Virus record (IMG/VR): IMGVR_UViG_3300034782_000062
Span: 96,001 to 160,000 of that record
Origin: a virus
Length of the DNA: 64,000 bases
Direction: 5' to 3' (one strand)
Within the stretch, counting starts at the first letter, position 1. Every line of letters begins with the position of its first letter. The position numbers were made by a program, and so were the translations under genes. The notes under the pieces are model-generated. The model did not search any database, was not told the DNA's origin, and was given only the letters and a program-made list of their open reading frames with translations. Of the stretch, positions 10,021 through 19,733 are shown piece by piece.

Positions 10021-10431
10021 ATGAGCGGAAAAATCTTTGGTGACGCGGACCTATCCATCAGCGTCATGCGCAACCCGAGGCGTGAGCGAGAAGACGGCAG
10101 CATCTTTGAGTTTGATGGGGTCGTTTACCAATTGGCTTGCCAAACCTGTGAGACTCCGATTCAGGTGGGGCTCTCCTGGAAGGAGGTGCGAGTCCTACTT
10201 GATGGAGGGGCTCTTCCCGGTGTCCAGCGTATCAGCGATGGTTGGCAGATCTCGGCGCAGTGCTCGAACAACAACGAGGGCTGCACTATGGTCAACAGTT
10301 TCAAGGTGTTGGATGAGGAGCTGGAAAAGGAAGCTGACCTGGAGGTTAAGCGGCGCCAGCGAGTGATGCGAGCGCAGCAGGCTCAGCGCAGTGGGAACGT
10401 TCTTCAGCGTGTTCCTCAGCGAAGACGCTAG
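10021..10431 (+). CDS. Hypothetical protein with CxxC zinc-binding motifs
   Basis: CQTC and C..C; RBS AAGGA. Confidence 0.6.
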   Translation: MSGKIFGDADLSISVMRNPRREREDGSIFEFDGVVYQLACQTCETPIQVGLSWKEVRVLLDGGALPGVQRISDGWQISAQCSNNNEGCTMVNSFKVLDEELEKEADLEVKRRQRVMRAQQAQRSGNVLQRVPQRRR

Positions 10432-10476
10432 AGATTCTGGACAAGCAGGACACCTCAGAATAGAATCGTCCCCAGG

Positions 10477-10668
10477 ATGGCTATCTTCGGACGACGACGC
10501 CGGCAGCCCAGCCTCCGGCAGATGATTGCTCAGGAAAGACTTAGCATCTGCGTGCGGTGCCCATACATCCGGCGCGTTCGTGGATACCTCAACTGCAGCC
10601 AGTGCGGCTGCTTCATGGATTTAAAGACAAAAATAATGTCCATGAACTGTCCAATGGGCTACTGGTAG
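10477..10668 (+). CDS. Small Cys-rich protein
   Basis: CxxC..CxxCGC..CP.G.W pattern. Confidence 0.6.
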   Translation: MAIFGRRRRQPSLRQMIAQERLSICVRCPYIRRVRGYLNCSQCGCFMDLKTKIMSMNCPMGYW

Positions 10669-10672
10669 AACA

Positions 10673-11425
10673 GTGGGACCTTGGGACACAAATCCTCGAC
10701 AGAAACACTGGTGGAACAAGGATAAAGCTACGGATGATTTTGTCCGTGGTTTTGTGTTAGACGTTTCGGATCAAAAATATTCAGAAAGACGTTATCGAAA
10801 CCTGTTCAGAACGAAGTTCGGAAAATGGCTTCGTGAACAAGTTCGTCCCATTGTTGATGACGTTCAAGGGCGCCCTGAGATTCTCAAGGAAGTGCTGTTG
10901 TACGACGTGAACCCATACATGGCTGGGATGGCGTTATCATTGGCTTTTCTGAAGGAAGACTTTGCTTTTGTGCAAGACTTTGGACCAGACAAGGTTGAGG
11001 TCTGGCCCGCTGAAATGCAGGTTATTGGCAAAGGCGATTACGAGGGGTGTCTTCAGTTTTATCTGGATCGATTCAATAATGAGCCGACTCGTCAGTTTCT
11101 GTCTCATATGGATAAGGATGAGAAGAGTGATGTTTATTCCGACATCTGGTCGCTGTGCACGTCTAATTTGGGAAATTTTTCGGAGGGAGATGTCATTGTT
11201 GATCCTCAGTATGACATGAAGTTTAAACAGGCGCGAGACGGCACCGTTGAGTCAGTCGTTCGCAGGCAAAAAATATTTCGTAAACGCGTTGCGGCAAGCA
11301 AGGCAAAGGGGCGTAAGGTTTACAGTCGACGGGCAGTCTTGCGATGGCGAGAGGTGATCAGGCAGGCCCACTGGAAAGACCTCGGACTTCTTTTCCACGC
11401 TGACGACCTTCCTCCTCCTCCTTGA
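10673..11425 (+). CDS. Hypothetical protein
   Basis: 250-aa ORF co-oriented in the operon; GTG start. Confidence 0.6.
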   Translation: MGPWDTNPRQKHWWNKDKATDDFVRGFVLDVSDQKYSERRYRNLFRTKFGKWLREQVRPIVDDVQGRPEILKEVLLYDVNPYMAGMALSLAFLKEDFAFVQDFGPDKVEVWPAEMQVIGKGDYEGCLQFYLDRFNNEPTRQFLSHMDKDEKSDVYSDIWSLCTSNLGNFSEGDVIVDPQYDMKFKQARDGTVESVVRRQKIFRKRVAASKAKGRKVYSRRAVLRWREVIRQAHWKDLGLLFHADDLPPPP

Positions 11426-11539
11426 AATTACAAATCATCCTCAGGACTGGTAACTTAATCGTCTTTGACCTATAATGACCTTCGCGGCCCCGTAGACCCA
11501 AGTCTATCCTCCCTAAGCATCCCGGTGCTCTAGGCACCA

Positions 11540-11938
11540 ATGAGAGTCAGGGGACTGCGAATGCCATCTTGTGTTCATCCTCCCGTCATCGAGACGACAG
11601 ACCCAGGTCTGATGACGTTGGATCAAATCGATAGCAGGAATGCGGAGCTGTTTGAGTGGGTGACGACGTGTGCCCGTCATGCAGACCCTTCCGTTGTCGA
11701 TGCTGTAAATCAACGGCGATATGCGCTGCTTGGTGCTCGCCGGGAGAAGATGGCAGACCAACGTAAAATGAAGTGGTTCGCCGCTGCTACTGTTCCCGGG
11801 GCTCTGATCGGGGCCTATGCCGGTCACAAGGCTCAGCGTGGAGCGCTCCCTGGTGCAGCCGTCGGAGCTTGGGCCAACTTCGTGATATTCGCAGCAGGGA
11901 CCAGTCTCCTTATGCGTATCCTGCCGGCGAGGTATTAG
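11540..11938 (+). CDS. Membrane protein (glycine-zipper TM segments)
   Basis: GALIGAYAG..GAAVGAWA hydrophobic segments; TATAAT at 11471 upstream. Confidence 0.6.
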   Translation: MRVRGLRMPSCVHPPVIETTDPGLMTLDQIDSRNAELFEWVTTCARHADPSVVDAVNQRRYALLGARREKMADQRKMKWFAAATVPGALIGAYAGHKAQRGALPGAAVGAWANFVIFAAGTSLLMRILPARY

Positions 11939-11940
11939 CG

Positions 11941-12402
11941 ATGACGAGCCCTTCGGTGACAATGGTAGCGGTAGAAATTGACCCGGAAGAGGCACGAGAG
12001 CGCTGGCTTCGAGACAACCCTCCTCTCGATCCGATGACCATCCCCGACATGAGGACGACGTCGCCCTCGATGATGACCCATGAGCAGATCGACGCGGAGA
12101 GGCAGATTTTGCATCAGCTTAATATGCACTTCCGCGAGAGGGTCGACCGAAACCACCCTCGTTTTCAAGCGATCGGTAATAGGGACGACGCGCTTCGAGA
12201 CGAGATGGTTCGCCGTCGAGATGTGAAAGGTTATGGAGAGCTTGCGGCGCTAGCAGCAGCTCCCGGAATAGCGCTCGGATCTGCATGGGCCTTTTTTAAA
12301 GGCCGCTCAGTGTATCGATATGGTCTTACAGGAGGAGTGCTGACTGTAGTCCTACCCGTAGCGCTTCTCTGGTTCTTCAGGGCGAGACAACAAAGAGGAT
12401 AG
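11941..12402 (+). CDS. Membrane protein, paralogous in architecture to the upstream gene
   Basis: C-terminal two-TM hairpin; start at MTSPSV two nt after the upstream stop. Confidence 0.6.
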   Translation: MTSPSVTMVAVEIDPEEARERWLRDNPPLDPMTIPDMRTTSPSMMTHEQIDAERQILHQLNMHFRERVDRNHPRFQAIGNRDDALRDEMVRRRDVKGYGELAALAAAPGIALGSAWAFFKGRSVYRYGLTGGVLTVVLPVALLWFFRARQQRG

Positions 12403-12406
12403 AGGA

Positions 12407-13222
12407 ATGCCTGATATTACACTGACACGTCGAACGTCACTTCGAGGCCGCGAGCTTCAAAACGCTGTTACGGCAGCGATTCAGGAAGTCTCTGGGCAAT
12501 CTCCCTATAGCACTGTCGGCCTGACGTCTCGCTGGGAAAGCGGAAGTCGGATGGTGTTGAGTGCTCCGGGGCACATGTCAGGATCCGTCGATATTCAAGA
12601 CGGAAATCCATCGACAGTCACAGTTCAGGTGGACCTTCTTTCTGGGATGGCGAGGATGGTGCGGAACAGCGCTATCCGAGATATCACGGCCGCTGCCAAC
12701 AGACACATCCCAGAGACGGGGGCTGCCCCGGCTCAACCGTCTGCTCCAGCGCAGCCGTCAGCGCCGGCTCAGCCGACTACGACAACGGCCGCGCCAGCTA
12801 CTACGAGGCCTCGTCGCCAATTCGATTGGGGTCTTTTCACGGACATCTTCTCCGGAATCGCAGGCGGAGCTGCTTCAAGCCTCACGGCCTATAACGAGGC
12901 CGTCGGATACACGGCTGGCGAGCAGGCAGTTATCATTGCTGCCGATGAGGCTACAGCCGCTGGCAAAGGCCCTGCGCAGCAGGCAGGTGTGCAGGTCGGG
13001 CCTGGTTTCGAGCTTGGCCCGGGCAAGGCTGTCGGACCCGACGAGCCGCCTCCAGGAGCAACAGTGGCAGCCCCTGGTGCACCTTCTCCGACGCTCGTTC
13101 GACCAAGCACTGGATTCCCGACCTGGGGCTGGTGGGCGATCGGTATCGCTGGCGTCGGTCTTCTTGGAGTCATCGTTCTTGCGACGCGAAAGCCCGAGTA
13201 CGAAGACGAAGAGGAGTACTGA
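12407..13222 (+). CDS. Membrane-anchored protein with PHA-granule-region-like N-terminal domain and AQP/T linker
   Basis: MPDITLTRRTSL..RWE..SGSVDI resembles the PHA_gran_rgn pattern (from memory); PAQPS repeats; C-terminal TM WGWWAIGIAGVGLLGVIVLA. Confidence 0.45.
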   Translation: MPDITLTRRTSLRGRELQNAVTAAIQEVSGQSPYSTVGLTSRWESGSRMVLSAPGHMSGSVDIQDGNPSTVTVQVDLLSGMARMVRNSAIRDITAAANRHIPETGAAPAQPSAPAQPSAPAQPTTTTAAPATTRPRRQFDWGLFTDIFSGIAGGAASSLTAYNEAVGYTAGEQAVIIAADEATAAGKGPAQQAGVQVGPGFELGPGKAVGPDEPPPGATVAAPGAPSPTLVRPSTGFPTWGWWAIGIAGVGLLGVIVLATRKPEYEDEEEY

Positions 13223-13596
13223 TGTACTACTACGAATACGCGCCACAAAGTCGGTGGCCAGCCGCGATGGGAGCTGCGGTCGCGCCTGATGATGTTCGTC
13301 CTGAGGATGAAGATGACGCTATTGTTCCCGTCGAGAACGGGGCCGAAGAGATCGACTTTGAGGAAGAACCCGAACAGGAAGAAATTACGGCTGAGCGCTG
13401 GATGTTTTCCTCGACGGTTGCTCAGCAGATTTTCTCTATCGTTCCGGGCGTCGCGGGTGGCCTGGCCGGATTCTTTCTCGCGCTGAAGCTCGCAAACACC
13501 AAGCGCGTGAACGCCTCCGAGGTTCTGTTGGCTTCTGGGATAGTCGCGGCTGTAACGTTCTCCGTCATCTTCCTTGTGCGCACAGTCGAGGAATAA
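13222..13596 (+). CDS. Small membrane protein, acidic N-terminus with two TM helices
   Basis: TGATG overlap with the upstream gene; hydrophobic C-terminus. Confidence 0.6.
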   Translation: MYYYEYAPQSRWPAAMGAAVAPDDVRPEDEDDAIVPVENGAEEIDFEEEPEQEEITAERWMFSSTVAQQIFSIVPGVAGGLAGFFLALKLANTKRVNASEVLLASGIVAAVTFSVIFLVRTVEE

Positions 13597-13599
13597 GCG

Positions 13600-14262
13600 A
13601 TGGCAAAGAAGAAGTCGCGAGGTCTCAAAGCTCTGGAAAAGACGCCAAGCGGGCGCAGTGCAGGTCCACGGGGCAAGCGTAGCGACTATCCTGGTGTCAG
13701 CTTCACTCCACCAAAAAGCGTTCAGGCTGCAGCTCGAAAGGGGATGAGGCTGCGTGAGAAGATGGCGAAGCGCCGATCTCGCCCTGGAGGCACTGAGATT
13801 GGTGTCGCTCGGGCAAGGCAGCTCGCAAGCGGAAAAGCCGTTTGGCCTCGAAGCGTCAGGCGGATGAAGGGATATTTTGCCCGGCATCGCGGCGATAAAA
13901 AAGCCAAGGGCTGGGGTGATAATAATAATCCGTCCCCAGGATACATTGCGTGGCTCCTTTGGGGGGGTGACGCTGGTGATCGCTGGGCCAAGAAGACCTG
14001 GGCGAAGATGCAGCGGGTCAAGAAAAACCCGGAGGGTGATATGGCAGTAGAAGCTCTGACAATCGTAGAAGGTCCGATGGCGAACTTCGAGGAGAACCCA
14101 GGACCATTGGACTGGATGCGAAACCGGGGCATCAACCCGGCATACGTCGGTGTCGGCGCTCTCGTCGGTGCCCTGTTCGATCGGAGTCTGGTTTGGGGTG
14201 GGCTCAAAGGAGCGCTTGTCGTTGCCGGCCTCAGCTACATCTGCGCTCAGTCTCGCCGTTAA
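13600..14262 (+). CDS. Basic phage protein with conserved 'FARH..IAWLLWGGD' domain and C-terminal TM
   Basis: Motif I recall from phage virion-associated proteins of unknown function; glycine-zipper C-terminus. Confidence 0.55.
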   Translation: MAKKKSRGLKALEKTPSGRSAGPRGKRSDYPGVSFTPPKSVQAAARKGMRLREKMAKRRSRPGGTEIGVARARQLASGKAVWPRSVRRMKGYFARHRGDKKAKGWGDNNNPSPGYIAWLLWGGDAGDRWAKKTWAKMQRVKKNPEGDMAVEALTIVEGPMANFEENPGPLDWMRNRGINPAYVGVGALVGALFDRSLVWGGLKGALVVAGLSYICAQSRR

Positions 14263-14266
14263 AGAC

Positions 14267-14291
14267 GAAAGCGGCCTTTCCGGCCGCTTTC
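14267..14291. terminator. Probable intrinsic terminator between convergent gene blocks
   Basis: GAAAGCGGCC-TTTCC-GGCCGCTTTC perfect 10-bp stem just after the 14262 stop. Confidence 0.6.
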
Positions 14292-14486
14292 TCCAGATCG
14301 TGATCCCTGATCAGCAGGGGATGCAAAATTTGGGGCGCTTGGGAGCCCTCCGGTACCCCTCAGCCGTGGCTTACGAGGAACCGCCCGGACGTACTCGCCC
14401 GTGGGCCTGGTCACTACCTAGGCGTCCTCGCGCCCCAACGAAAGAATGGCACGCGCTCATCTATAATGTCAAGAGGTCAGAATTGG

Positions 14487-15233
14487 TTAGACTTGGCCAT
14501 AGCCGCTTGGCGCGGCCTCGATGTAGAGGTATCCGTTGTTTGTGTCTCGCTCCCAACGATTCGCGGTGACGATGCCGTAGGGGGCGACAGGACCGAAGAT
14601 TCCCGGAGCAGGAGCAGGTGTTCCTGGGGGGCATGGCCATACGTACCGGGCTCTGAAAACGTTTCGCTTTCGGGTGTTGAGTATCCACGGATCCAATGAG
14701 ACGATCTGTCCATCGACGGGAAGGCGAAGGAAGCGTCGGTAGCGGTTACCAATGTGCGGAGGGTAGGGGAGGTCAGGTCTTCTTCGGTAAGTGGAGTACT
14801 TTCCAAGCTCGATCTGTGCGCCGGCCGGGATTGGAGCTTTGAACTGGACGACCTTTCCTCTGGAGTCCAGCCAGTCGATTTCAGGCCACTGGTGGTAAAA
14901 CTCATCCCCAGGACGAGCATCCTCGATGTTGATATCGCCGATACTGCTGATGCTGGGGTCGCCGAGAAGCTCGGCATTGAGCGCCGACCGAAGCTCCAAC
15001 ACCGATGGTATAATAGATCCATTGTAGAAGAATGTGCTCACGACGAAGGCAAGCTCGGGCGTTGTCGAGTTCTGAACGTCGACCACCAGCACCCGAGCAT
15101 CATCGAATTCGAGCCATAGGATGTTGTCGAGAAGTGCTGTGAGAGCAGCGGTCGCTGCTTCTGCCTCGGTTTCCGTCGTGGGGATGGAGAATTCGTTTTG
15201 CCCAACAACGTTTCGTATCGTAATCGAAGACAT
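14487..15233 (-). CDS. Putative virion protein, shared N-terminal module family, paralog 1
   Basis: MSSITIRNVVG..FSIPT N-terminus; basic C-domain similar to the next two genes. Confidence 0.6.
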   Translation of the reverse strand: MSSITIRNVVGQNEFSIPTTETEAEAATAALTALLDNILWLEFDDARVLVVDVQNSTTPELAFVVSTFFYNGSIIPSVLELRSALNAELLGDPSISSIGDINIEDARPGDEFYHQWPEIDWLDSRGKVVQFKAPIPAGAQIELGKYSTYRRRPDLPYPPHIGNRYRRFLRLPVDGQIVSLDPWILNTRKRNVFRARYVWPCPPGTPAPAPGIFGPVAPYGIVTANRWERDTNNGYLYIEAAPSGYGQV

Positions 15234-15242
15234 TCGATCCTC

Positions 15243-15971
15243 CTAGTGCTTCCCGAAGCCACAGGGTGATGGAACGACGATGAGTAGATTGCCTTGTAGT
15301 TGTTCCCTCGCCGAGGCAGTGGAAACGGTCACAGGGCTCAGTGGTCCCCGAACCCCGGCGCCTCCTGTGTTGTTTGCCAATGGCCATCTGAAAGCAAAAC
15401 GATAGTGAGCACGCCGCTTGGTCAGTATCTCCGTGCTGAGATCGCAGGTGGTTATGCCACGGGCCAACAGACGATCCGGCCTGTATCGCTTTCCTCGATG
15501 TGATGTGTAACCGGAGTGATCGCCCGTTGCATGACGAGTGTATTTGTGGACCTCGATCTGAGCCCCTGGCGGGATGTTGTCCTGAAGCTTGATGACACCA
15601 TTGACGGTATCGACGTATTCAAGGATCGGATAGCGGTTGTAGAAGCCACCCTCCGGTACCTTTTTGATGTCTATGCTTCCGATGCCTGTGACATCTGGGT
15701 AGCTGAGGAAAGCGTTTCGGATAGCCGACCGCAGGGACGCCGAGTTTGGGCAGATTGATCCCAGGTAGGTGATGCTTTCGACCACCGCAGCGATTTCTGA
15801 GGCAGCTCCTTCTGTGTTCACGACCTGGCAGGAGCAGCCGAGGTTGGTGAGATTGGCGATCCCGTTGATGATTCCGCTCACTGTGGTGTTGAGCGCGTCT
15901 ATTTCTTCATCGGTCGTAGGCATCTGGAAGACGCCTGTTCCGGTTATTTCTCGTATGAACAGGTTTGACAT
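15243..15971 (-). CDS. Putative virion protein, shared N-terminal module family, paralog 2
   Basis: Start at MSNLFIREITGTG with GGAGA RBS; RFAFRWP motif. Confidence 0.6.
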   Translation of the reverse strand: MSNLFIREITGTGVFQMPTTDEEIDALNTTVSGIINGIANLTNLGCSCQVVNTEGAASEIAAVVESITYLGSICPNSASLRSAIRNAFLSYPDVTGIGSIDIKKVPEGGFYNRYPILEYVDTVNGVIKLQDNIPPGAQIEVHKYTRHATGDHSGYTSHRGKRYRPDRLLARGITTCDLSTEILTKRRAHYRFAFRWPLANNTGGAGVRGPLSPVTVSTASAREQLQGNLLIVVPSPCGFGKH

Positions 15972-15985
15972 TGGTCTCCTCCAGC

Positions 15986-16732
15986 CTATGACGTCTCGTT
16001 GTTGTAGCTCGATGGCGAAGCGACAATAACGAGCAAGCATCCTTGCGATCGCTCGCGATTGTTCGCCGTCGAGATGGTGAAGGCCGAAAGCGGTCCCCGT
16101 TGCCCTGGCCCATTTGACGGTGGCGGGTCGGGCCATCTGTAGGCGAATCTGAAGTGTGTTCGTCCTCCAGACGATGGACTTCTTAGGTCGTCGCTTGCGT
16201 CGTACTGAAGTCCGCCGACGGGGAGAAGTTGGTCGGGTCTCCAGCGCTTTCCTACCCGTGTGTACGGTCCATGTGAGCTGTTGTGAAGCTTCCGAGCGTA
16301 TCGATACACCTCAATCTGGGCACCGGGCGGAATCTCGTCTTTGAAGTAGATGATTCCGTTTCGGTTATCGACTCGGTCCACCTGTGGAACGTAGGTGTAG
16401 AGACGTTTGGGCTCAACGAGGTTCATGTTGAAGTCGCCGAGCCCGTCGATATTGGGGTGTGCGATGAGGGCTGTCATGATGGCGGTCCTAAACGCCGACA
16501 GGTTGGCTGGTATCCATGAGCCGTTGTAGGTAAAGGCGTCAGCGACGAATGTCATTTCTTCTGGATTGGGCTCGATGTCAACGATTTGGACGAGCGCTGT
16601 TTCGTAGCGGAGGCCAGCGACGCCGTTGAGAATTGCCTGAAGAGCTGCTGCTGCGTCGTACAGCTCAGTGTCGCTGGTCGGTATGGCAAATACCCCCGTG
16701 CCCACGACGTTGCGGACGATAAAGTTCGACAT
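15986..16732 (-). CDS. Putative virion protein, shared N-terminal module family, paralog 3
   Basis: MSNFIVRNVVGTGVFAIPT; RFAYRWP motif. Confidence 0.6.
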   Translation of the reverse strand: MSNFIVRNVVGTGVFAIPTSDTELYDAAAALQAILNGVAGLRYETALVQIVDIEPNPEEMTFVADAFTYNGSWIPANLSAFRTAIMTALIAHPNIDGLGDFNMNLVEPKRLYTYVPQVDRVDNRNGIIYFKDEIPPGAQIEVYRYARKLHNSSHGPYTRVGKRWRPDQLLPVGGLQYDASDDLRSPSSGGRTHFRFAYRWPDPPPSNGPGQRGPLSAFTISTANNRERSQGCLLVIVASPSSYNNETS

Positions 16733-16741
16733 TTTCGTCTC

Positions 16742-17218
16742 CTAGTGGCGACGTCGCTCTTCGAGATACTTCAGTGCTTCTCGAAACGACCGGTTCCCAA
16801 GTGTGCAGCGATGCCGCTGCTTGATCTTTCTCAGGGCCTTCTTGTACGTCCACCCGAGCTGCATCAGGACCATGGCGACCATCAGGCCGCTCCGGTTCAT
16901 GCCCATGTTGCAGAAAACGACGACGCGGTGTCCTTGTTTTACGAGCGCCGCTATGGTGCTCGACGTTTCGATGAGCACTTCCATCGTTTCGGGATCGTTT
17001 CGGAAGTCCCAGTCCACGTCATCCATTTTGACCCACATGGACTCGAAGACTCCGAGGACGCTTTTCGGTGGTGGAATCTCTCGCGCCATGCTCACATAGA
17101 TGGTGAACAGTGGTTGGCTTGGGTCGATCGCCCGCTTGGACCCCATGTAGAGCCCATCGGTGATCTTAGAAAAGGCGGGGGCCGTGGCCATGTCCTCGAT
17201 GTAGCAGCTTTGTCCCAT
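16742..17218 (-). CDS. Dual-specificity/tyrosine phosphatase
   Basis: VVFCNMGMNRSG (CX5R), DV..D general-acid region; start uncertain (17218 or 17191). Confidence 0.8.
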   Translation of the reverse strand: MGQSCYIEDMATAPAFSKITDGLYMGSKRAIDPSQPLFTIYVSMAREIPPPKSVLGVFESMWVKMDDVDWDFRNDPETMEVLIETSSTIAALVKQGHRVVVFCNMGMNRSGLMVAMVLMQLGWTYKKALRKIKQRHRCTLGNRSFREALKYLEERRRH

Positions 17219-17305
17219 TTTCTGGTCCTTCCGCTCCTCGATCCAGGGGCCACGGACTGAGGATATGGTGCTGAGTTTACAATTATTTTGCCCGAACCTC
17301 AATTG

Positions 17306-17797
17306 TTACAGGATTGCGGCGTCCATCTTGGGGACATCTTCGAGTGGAATGTAGGCGAGACAAGTTTGTCTTCCCGCTGCGATGAAAGAGTGTATTCGGT
17401 GGCGTCCGTCAAGGAGAACGATGCCCTGCTCACCGGTCTTTTCGTCCTGGTCGGTGGCTCCAGCGATGATGATAGGTGTTGGGTCAAAGCCTCTTTGGAG
17501 AAGCGCGACGTACTTCGCGGTCAACGCCTTGTCCTTGTTGGACATCATCGGCTTCGCCTTCCCCTCGTGGTTGATGTAGACGTTGATGTACTGCTGCAAC
17601 TCCTTGGGGCGGACCTCGATGGTGACCCATTGTCCTGGTACGGGGGCGAAGTCATACATTACGTCGATGACTCCAGCCAGCTCGTCGGTGTCGATGTCCT
17701 GGGGCTTGCGAGTCTGTATCCATATGTCCAGGAATTCTGTTACAAGATCCATGGTTTGGTAGGCTTTGTCATCGATTCTACGGTACCAGAGTCCCAT
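17306..17797 (-). CDS. ParB/Srx-like domain protein
   Basis: PIII..VLLDGRHRI motif. Confidence 0.55.
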   Translation of the reverse strand: MGLWYRRIDDKAYQTMDLVTEFLDIWIQTRKPQDIDTDELAGVIDVMYDFAPVPGQWVTIEVRPKELQQYINVYINHEGKAKPMMSNKDKALTAKYVALLQRGFDPTPIIIAGATDQDEKTGEQGIVLLDGRHRIHSFIAAGRQTCLAYIPLEDVPKMDAAIL

Positions 17798-17820
17798 GTG
17801 TTTGCTCCGTGATGTTCAGA

Positions 17821-17849
17821 TCGTAGGGTGTTGCATGTGCAATGTCAAC
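17821..17849 (-). promoter_or_regulatory. Sigma70-type promoter
   Basis: TTGACA-17 nt-TACGAT on the minus strand upstream of 17797. Confidence 0.6.
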
Positions 17850-18128
17850 AGGTGTCCGTCTTCAGGATGGCTTGCTTTAAGTATGTTAATGTGAAAGGAT
17901 ACCGATGGAACGGCCTGGCTGCAGCCCCATGGCCAGCTCGTTAGTGAATCCCTCCTAAGTGTTTGAAAACAAAAATTTTGCTGCGTCAAACAGTGTTTGT
18001 TGTAGCAGATGATATACCGGGGAAAGCCTTGGATTCACAATTCGCGCACGCTCACTGCTTGGACGGCTCCGTGCCATGGTTTATCATCCTGAGGATTACT
18101 TATTGAGCTGAGCCAGGGGTGATCGTTC

Positions 18129-19733
18129 ATGTCGAACATCTTCATCACGGATATCGTTGGCTCGATCGGTATCCCGTCCAATGACACACAGCTCGCAAGC
18201 GCGACCTCGACCTTTGATGGCATTCTGAGCGGAGTCGCGAATCTCACCTACGATCGGGTCCTTGGCTGGGTTGAAGACCAGGCTGGTCCTGATGGGGCAG
18301 AGGGCGTCCGAACTCTCAACTGCATGGTCGAGAAGTTCACTTACCTCACCCAGGAGTGCCCCAGCGAAACCCAGGTCGATACGCTTGGTGCTGCTATTGA
18401 AGCCGCGCTCGAAGCAGACGCGAGCATCACGACCATCGGAGAGCAGCAGTACCACTTGTTTCAGACCGGCGCTTACTTTCTCTGGCAAAGAGACGCGGCG
18501 GGCGGGTTCCTCTATCCGGCGACGACGACTGATGATGTTGCGGTAGGTGGTCACGTCTCGCCGGCCGGTAAGTGGTTCGACGACGGAGACCTCGTCCTGG
18601 GGACGGACGCCATGGTCGGCGCCGAGCGGTTAAGAGTCGTGGGCGGTGGACGAATCGAGAAGTCCAGCTCGGATGCGATACCCGCTCTTTTTGTCCAAGC
18701 ATTCGGGAGTCACCCTGCGGCTCAGCAGGCTGCTTTGCTCGATGTTGATGTGAACTCGATTGCTTTGGACATTGATACCGAGGCGACGAGTAAGCCACTG
18801 ATCAATCTCCAGCCGCTTAATGCCAACACTCGCGGAGATATCGCCTTTGGTGTCACTAGGACGGCGGATCCGGCGAGCCCGATCGAAGGCGACCTCTGGT
18901 ACAACTCTACTGACAACTATTATCGATATTACGACGGTGCAGCAAATCGAACCATCGCCACGACGAGCGAGATCTACTGGAACCGTGATGGTGCGGGATT
19001 TATCTATGCAAAGACAGCAACTGACGACCTTTACATAGGTGGCTCCACCCCAAACGGTGTTTGGTTTGACGACGGAGATTTGGTAGTCGGTGGTTCGTCG
19101 ATGACGGGAACCGAGCGGCTCAAGGTCGTCGGCTCCGTTCTCGTCGACCAGGACAGCGACGCTTACGGCATCGATATCGACAGCGAGGCGACTGATAACC
19201 CGCTCATCAACCTTCAGCCCATCGTCACGAATGACCGCGGTGACATTGCCTTTGGCACGGCTCGAACATCCGACCCAGCGAACCCGGATGAAGGAGACGT
19301 CTGGTACAACTCGACGAACAAGTGTCTTTCCTACTGGGACGGCACTTACCGGCGTTGCCTTAACTCGCCTGGCCTGCTTGCTGGCGCCAACCAGGGCTAC
19401 TACGACGGCAACAACGACTACGCTCGTATCAGCGGGACGGGGTGGAAAGTCTACGGAAGCTGCTACTTCCCGGGGACGAATATTTCAACTCCTCAGCTAT
19501 TCCGCATCATCATGAGCCGAGCAGGCACAACGGGGAGCATCGACGTCAGGCTTTATGATTTTACGAACGCCCTGGAGATCGCGAGGGTGACCGTTAGCGC
19601 TAGCGGCAAGGCAACGTATACCGATACCACTCTCGCGAATCTTCCTGCAGCAGGAGCCATCTTTGAGGTGCAAGCTCAGAAGAGCGCAGGCGGCGCATCA
19701 AACGGTTACCTGCATTACTGGGAGTTCTACTGA
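18129..19733 (+). CDS. Putative fibre/structural protein with shared N-terminal module and repeated fibre modules
   Basis: MSNIFITDIVG start; two YP/YAKT..TDD..GKWFDDGDLV and RGDIAFG..EGDLWYN repeats. Confidence 0.7.
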   Translation: MSNIFITDIVGSIGIPSNDTQLASATSTFDGILSGVANLTYDRVLGWVEDQAGPDGAEGVRTLNCMVEKFTYLTQECPSETQVDTLGAAIEAALEADASITTIGEQQYHLFQTGAYFLWQRDAAGGFLYPATTTDDVAVGGHVSPAGKWFDDGDLVLGTDAMVGAERLRVVGGGRIEKSSSDAIPALFVQAFGSHPAAQQAALLDVDVNSIALDIDTEATSKPLINLQPLNANTRGDIAFGVTRTADPASPIEGDLWYNSTDNYYRYYDGAANRTIATTSEIYWNRDGAGFIYAKTATDDLYIGGSTPNGVWFDDGDLVVGGSSMTGTERLKVVGSVLVDQDSDAYGIDIDSEATDNPLINLQPIVTNDRGDIAFGTARTSDPANPDEGDVWYNSTNKCLSYWDGTYRRCLNSPGLLAGANQGYYDGNNDYARISGTGWKVYGSCYFPGTNISTPQLFRIIMSRAGTTGSIDVRLYDFTNALEIARVTVSASGKATYTDTTLANLPAAGAIFEVQAQKSAGGASNGYLHYWEFY

